64,000 nt of DNA from Candidatus Hydrogenedentota bacterium (GTDB lineage: Bacteria > Hydrogenedentota > Hydrogenedentia > Hydrogenedentales > SLHB01). Below are positions 60,162 to 64,000 of the stretch, piece after piece. The stretch is from contig JAKPDK010000167.1 in NCBI GenBank assembly GCA_029552745.1, positions 73,973-137,972 on the forward strand. Direction: 5' to 3'. The position numbers and the translations under genes were made by a program. The notes beneath the pieces are model-generated. The model did not search any database. It worked only from the letters and a program-made list of their open reading frames with translations, and had not been told where the DNA came from. Within the stretch, counting starts at the first letter, position 1. Every line of letters begins with the position of its first letter.

Positions 60162-61388
60162 ATGAAGACAAACTTTCATTTCCGGTGTTTTGGTTGTGAC
60201 ACACAAGAAGCCCATGCCACTGCCCCGTACTTGTGTCGTCGTTGTGGAGAACCGCTGAGTATCGAATCTGTTGCTACCGTGCCGTCAGCGGTATTGCGTT
60301 CCCCACCGCGTTCGCTCTGGCATTATTGGGAGTTGCTACCGGTCACGATACCGAATCGAATGGTTTCTCTTGGGGAAGGGGCGACGCCGCTGCTCGAATC
60401 GCCGCGTTTGGCGAGACAGCTTGGTTTTTCACGCCTGTACATAAAGAACGAAGCGACCAATCCCACGGGCTCCTTCAAAGACAGGCAAATTGCTGTTGGA
60501 ATGGCACGAGCGCTGGAATTGGGTGCGCACACGGTCGCTGTGGTTTCCTCGGGAAACGTGGCATGTGCGGCATCGGCTTACGCAGCACGGGCAGGTTTGC
60601 GCGCGATACTCCTCATGCACGGTCATGCCGCTTCTGCAAAAGCCACACAAGCCGCCGCCTACGGGGCACGTTGTTTTCGGGTTTGCTCACCGGCTGCCTC
60701 CGCGGTGTTTGATTTGTGTATTCGTGCTTGCCGAGAACACGGATGGTATCACCTGTCGACAGCGGGCATGTATGAGCCCTTTAATGTGGAAGGTGCAAAG
60801 ACCATCGCGTACGAAATCTACCAACAAACCGACGGCAATCTTCCCGATTGGGTCGTAGCCCCGGTCGGCGGCGGGGGTTTGTTAGGTGGAATTTGGCGAG
60901 GCTTTCTCGATCTGAAACGGATGGGGCTCATCGAAACTTTGCCCCGTTTGGCAGGCATACAGGCGGCGGGTTGTGCCCCGTTGGTCGACGCCATCCAAAA
61001 CAATCGCTCGTTCCTGGAAACACTGCAGACCCCGTGGCAAAACCCCAAAACCATCGCAGGCGGCATTGCTGACGACATTTTATTCGACGGGCATACCGTT
61101 CTTCCGGCTATTCGAACAACGGGTGGCGCCGCCTTTGCTGTAGCGGATGATGAAATACGGGAAGCACAAACCGTGTTGGCAAGGAACGAAGGGTTGCTCT
61201 GTGAACCTTCGAGTGCGGCGGCATTTGCTGCTCTGAAGAGGCTGAGCGATATCGAACGCGGGCTAAGTGTGTGTGTCGTACTCACAGGAAGTGGTATCAA
61301 AGATTTGGACGCGTTACGGGACCAGGTTCCCCCTGCAATCGCGATTGATGGCACGTTGGAAGCGTTGACCGCAGCGTTAGAGAGGTGA
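60162..61388 (+). CDS. threonine-synthase-family PLP enzyme (fold type II) with N-terminal Cys4 zinc ribbon
   Basis: CFGCD...CRRCG zinc ribbon; PLP lysine motif NPTGSFKDR; glycine-rich loop SSGN. Confidence 0.75.
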   Translation: MKTNFHFRCFGCDTQEAHATAPYLCRRCGEPLSIESVATVPSAVLRSPPRSLWHYWELLPVTIPNRMVSLGEGATPLLESPRLARQLGFSRLYIKNEATNPTGSFKDRQIAVGMARALELGAHTVAVVSSGNVACAASAYAARAGLRAILLMHGHAASAKATQAAAYGARCFRVCSPAASAVFDLCIRACREHGWYHLSTAGMYEPFNVEGAKTIAYEIYQQTDGNLPDWVVAPVGGGGLLGGIWRGFLDLKRMGLIETLPRLAGIQAAGCAPLVDAIQNNRSFLETLQTPWQNPKTIAGGIADDILFDGHTVLPAIRTTGGAAFAVADDEIREAQTVLARNEGLLCEPSSAAAFAALKRLSDIERGLSVCVVLTGSGIKDLDALRDQVPPAIAIDGTLEALTAALER

Positions 61389-61392
61389 CCTT

Positions 61393-62424
61393 GTGAAAAC
61401 TGTGATGGCTTCGGCGCTCCTCTTCTTGGTGGTTGGATGTCTCAACGAGACAGATTCGGCTTCCAAGTCTTCGGAAGCGGCAAACCGCGTACGCATCGTA
61501 GTGTACAGTCCGCATGGTCCCGAAGTGCTCGGGGACTACGAAAAGAAGTTTGAAGCAGCATATCCGGAAGCCGACGTCCAGTGGCTCGATCTAGGCTCCC
61601 AAGAAGTCTATAACCGCGTGCGTGCGGAACAGCGACGTCCTTATGCCGACATCTGGTGGGGCGGCCCTTCCAGTCTATTCGTCCAAGCCGCGAAGGAAGG
61701 ACTACTGGAACCCTATCGCCCTTCATGGGCGGATGCTGTGCCTGCAGCATTTCGAGACCCGGAAGACAGATGGTACGGGACATATCGGTCGCCGCTGGCG
61801 ATTGTGTTCAATAATCGTCGATACAATCAGGAAACTGCCCCAAAAACCTGGGACGAATTGCTGGAACCCCCCTGGCAAGGAAAAGTGGCGTTACGAAAAC
61901 CCCAAGCCAGTGGAACGATGAGGACGTTCCTTGGCGCGATGATCCTACGTGCCGAGTCGGAAGATGCGGGGATTGCGTGGTTGAAACGCCTCCATGCATC
62001 TACCGCCGCCTATCTGGAGAATCCCCAGTTGTTGTTCGATCACCTGAAACGACGCGAGGATCACGTGACCATCTGGTTGATGCCCGACGTTGTTCTTCAA
62101 CGGGAACGCAACGGGTATCCATTGGACTGCGTCGTTCCGCCGGGAACGGTAGTTCTCACCGAAGGCATAGCGATTGTACGCGGCGCCCCGAACCGTACCT
62201 GGGCGGAACGGTTCTACGAGTTCGTAACATCTTCGGATGCGCTGTCACATCAAGCACATGCCTATGCCAAAATGCCTGCCCGAACAGACCTTGATCCCTC
62301 CCGTCTGCCGGAGTGGATGGGTTCCTTAAAGATTCAAGATATGGAAATCGATTGGGACTACTTCGCTCAGCATGAAAACCAGTGGTGCGAACGCTGGGAA
62401 AAGGAGGTATATCAGGCTCCGTGA
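61393..62424 (+). CDS. ABC transporter periplasmic substrate-binding lipoprotein (Fe3+/thiamine/AEP-type, SBP family 1)
   Basis: Lipobox LVVGC; overall FbpA/AfuA-like pattern. Confidence 0.7.
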   Translation: MKTVMASALLFLVVGCLNETDSASKSSEAANRVRIVVYSPHGPEVLGDYEKKFEAAYPEADVQWLDLGSQEVYNRVRAEQRRPYADIWWGGPSSLFVQAAKEGLLEPYRPSWADAVPAAFRDPEDRWYGTYRSPLAIVFNNRRYNQETAPKTWDELLEPPWQGKVALRKPQASGTMRTFLGAMILRAESEDAGIAWLKRLHASTAAYLENPQLLFDHLKRREDHVTIWLMPDVVLQRERNGYPLDCVVPPGTVVLTEGIAIVRGAPNRTWAERFYEFVTSSDALSHQAHAYAKMPARTDLDPSRLPEWMGSLKIQDMEIDWDYFAQHENQWCERWEKEVYQAP

Positions 62425-63152
62425 GTTCATTGGAGTTTCGCAGTGTTACAAAACGATATCCCGATGGCGGAGGCATTCGGGAATTCTCCTGTTTGATTTC
62501 TCAAGGAGAGTTTTTCGTGTTTTTGGGACCCAGCGGATGCGGCAAGACCACATTATTACGCCTCGCAGCAGGACTTGAAATGCCAGACGCCGGCAGAGTG
62601 TACATGGATGGTATGGACGTAACGGATATGCCTGCGGAAGAACGTAATGCGGCGATGGTTTTTCAAAACTACGCCCTTTTTCCTCATATGAGCGTCTTTG
62701 AGAATGTCGCCTTCGGCTTACGCGCCCGTCGGATGCCCCAAAAAGATATCCAAGCCCGTGTAAAAGAATGCTTGGCGCTTGTCCAATTGGAGGGGTTTGA
62801 ACGCCGCCGCGTGACGGAACTGAGCGGTGGTCAGCAACAACGGGTTGCCTTGGCGCGGGCACTCGCGATACAGCCGCAGATTCTCTTGTTAGACGAACCA
62901 CTGAGCAATCTTGACGCCGAGTTGCGGTACAGTATGAGGGTTCAGTTGACTGCCCTTCAGGGTAGATTAGGGATTACAACGATATACGTGACTCACGACC
63001 AAGAGGAAGCCTTCGAATTGGCCAATCGCATTGCAATTCTCAGAAACGGGGTTTGTGAGCAAGTGGGGACGCCGCAAGACTTGCTAATGCAACCCGCCAC
63101 ACCGTTTGTGGAACAGTTTCTCGCACGGAGAAGAGCCCCAAAAACGGCATGA
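62421..63152 (+). CDS. ABC transporter ATP-binding protein
   Basis: GTGA overlap start; Walker A GPSGCGKTT, signature LSGGQQQRVALARAL, Walker B LLLDEP. Confidence 0.85.
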   Translation: MSSLEFRSVTKRYPDGGGIREFSCLISQGEFFVFLGPSGCGKTTLLRLAAGLEMPDAGRVYMDGMDVTDMPAEERNAAMVFQNYALFPHMSVFENVAFGLRARRMPQKDIQARVKECLALVQLEGFERRRVTELSGGQQQRVALARALAIQPQILLLDEPLSNLDAELRYSMRVQLTALQGRLGITTIYVTHDQEEAFELANRIAILRNGVCEQVGTPQDLLMQPATPFVEQFLARRRAPKTA

Positions 63153-63170
63153 CGTCGTCAATCCAAATAA

Positions 63171-64000
63171 TTACGGTTTGACAAGTTCCGGGGCGGCGCC
63201 TTCGTAACCAAAAGAGAAAATAGAAGGCAACAAGGTGCGTCCTTGAAGGAAAAGATCGACGGCGCGGGCAGCTTCCCGTCCTTCGTGGATCGCCCAAACT
63301 ACCAACGATTGTCCGCGACGTGCATCGCCGGCAGCGAACACTTTTTCTCGACTGGTTTTGAAAGCGGCAGGTCCCACATAGTCAGCAGCAATATTGCCGC
63401 GCGGGTCACGTTTCAAGCCGAGTTGCTGCGGTATGTCATCCTCGGGGTGTTCAAAGCCTAAAGCAAGCAACACCAAGTCGGCTTCCAACTCAAACTGGCT
63501 TCCGGGGATTTCTTTGAAAGTACGTGTGCCGTTTGCGTCCGGGTCGCTCCACTGCAATCGCACGGCGATAATCTTTTTCACATGTCCGTTTTCGCCGATG
63601 AACTCTTTGGTAAGTACACTCCACAAGCGTTCTCCGCCTTCCTGATGGCTGGAAGAGGTGCGCAAGATGTTAGGCCACATGGGCCATGGGGTAGCGGGAT
63701 TTGTCCCTTCGGGGGGCCGCGGCAATAATTCGACGGACCGTACGGAGCGTGCTCCCTGGCGGATGCTTGTCCCGTGACAGTCGGCTCCGGTGTCCCCACC
63801 GCCTAGAATCACCACGGCTTTGCCTTGGGCGGTAATTTCGTTTTCAGGATTGGGACGACCTGCTACGCGTCGATTCTGCTGGGTCAAAAACTCCATAGCG
63901 AAATGGATGCCCCCCAACTCACGCCCGGGTATGTTCAGGTCACGGGGTTTGGTGGAACCCACCGTCAGCAGAACCGCGTCGTACTTCTCAACGAGGTCAT
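63171..64000 (-). CDS. gltD: glutamate synthase small (beta) subunit-like FAD/NAD(P) oxidoreductase, C-terminal part (5' end beyond window)
   Basis: VVILGGGDTGADCHGTSIRQGA, ATKPRDL-like region; ORF open to window edge. Confidence 0.7.
   Translation of the reverse strand, partial: DLVEKYDAVLLTVGSTKPRDLNIPGRELGGIHFAMEFLTQQNRRVAGRPNPENEITAQGKAVVILGGGDTGADCHGTSIRQGARSVRSVELLPRPPEGTNPATPWPMWPNILRTSSSHQEGGERLWSVLTKEFIGENGHVKKIIAVRLQWSDPDANGTRTFKEIPGSQFELEADLVLLALGFEHPEDDIPQQLGLKRDPRGNIAADYVGPAAFKTSREKVFAAGDARRGQSLVVWAIHEGREAARAVDLFLQGRTLLPSIFSFGYEGAAPELVKP

Noticed and set aside
1-64000. tRNA, rRNA, transposase, integrase, prophage or toxin-antitoxin genes
   Set aside because: Intergenic regions were scanned by eye for cloverleaf-like GC-rich ~75-nt segments and for IS/TIR plus transposase ORFs, and none was found. 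tRNAscan, Infernal and ISfinder searches would be needed to be certain.

Overview
This is a 64-kb, high-GC, densely coding bacterial chromosomal segment with about 55 genes. Shine-Dalgarno sites are used frequently (GGAGG/AGGAG) and many genes are translationally coupled (ATGA/TAATG overlaps). All calls come from reading the translations and DNA by eye; no BLAST or HMM search was possible.

Content from left to right:
- 3' end of purH, a GalK-like GHMP kinase, YihY, RecD2.
- A beta-lactamase-fold/GH140-like fusion hydrolase convergent with a carbamoyltransferase plus SxtJ-like pair.
- GT4-GT2 glycosyltransferases coupled directly to aroA-aroC-aroK.
- rmlC, secreted glycoside-hydrolase-like proteins, an RlpA-like protein.
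- A sigma54-driven cheW-MCP pair; the MCP carries a CZB domain and a frameshift.
- A six-gene minus-strand operon built around a LarA-family homolog (PdxB-like dehydrogenase, HAD phosphatase, SDR, TIM-barrel sugar-phosphate isomerase, one unknown protein). This is my top candidate for an undescribed pathway.
- dapL, a UroD-like/thioredoxin fusion, and a second glycan cluster (WbqC-DegT ... GT9-GT4-GT4-AsnB-GT2-ThrC-like).
- PhoD-like phosphatase, sulfatase, an SLC13/TrkA-C transporter, pbpC, an SDH-family protease, a rhomboid protease, orphan ABC components, and the 3' part of gltD.

At least 10 intergenic loci are occupied by a dispersed composite repeat family. It consists of a roughly 48-bp module (GTCATTGCGAGGAG ... 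GCAATCCCCTC) in both orientations, GGGCGAGC/GCTCGCCC hairpins, and a third small hairpin. Two small unlisted peptides (a 32-aa Lys/Ala-rich histone-H1-like peptide and a 38-aa Trp-rich membrane peptide) sit behind near-consensus sigma70 promoters. No rRNA, tRNA, cas gene, transposase or integrase was recognised.
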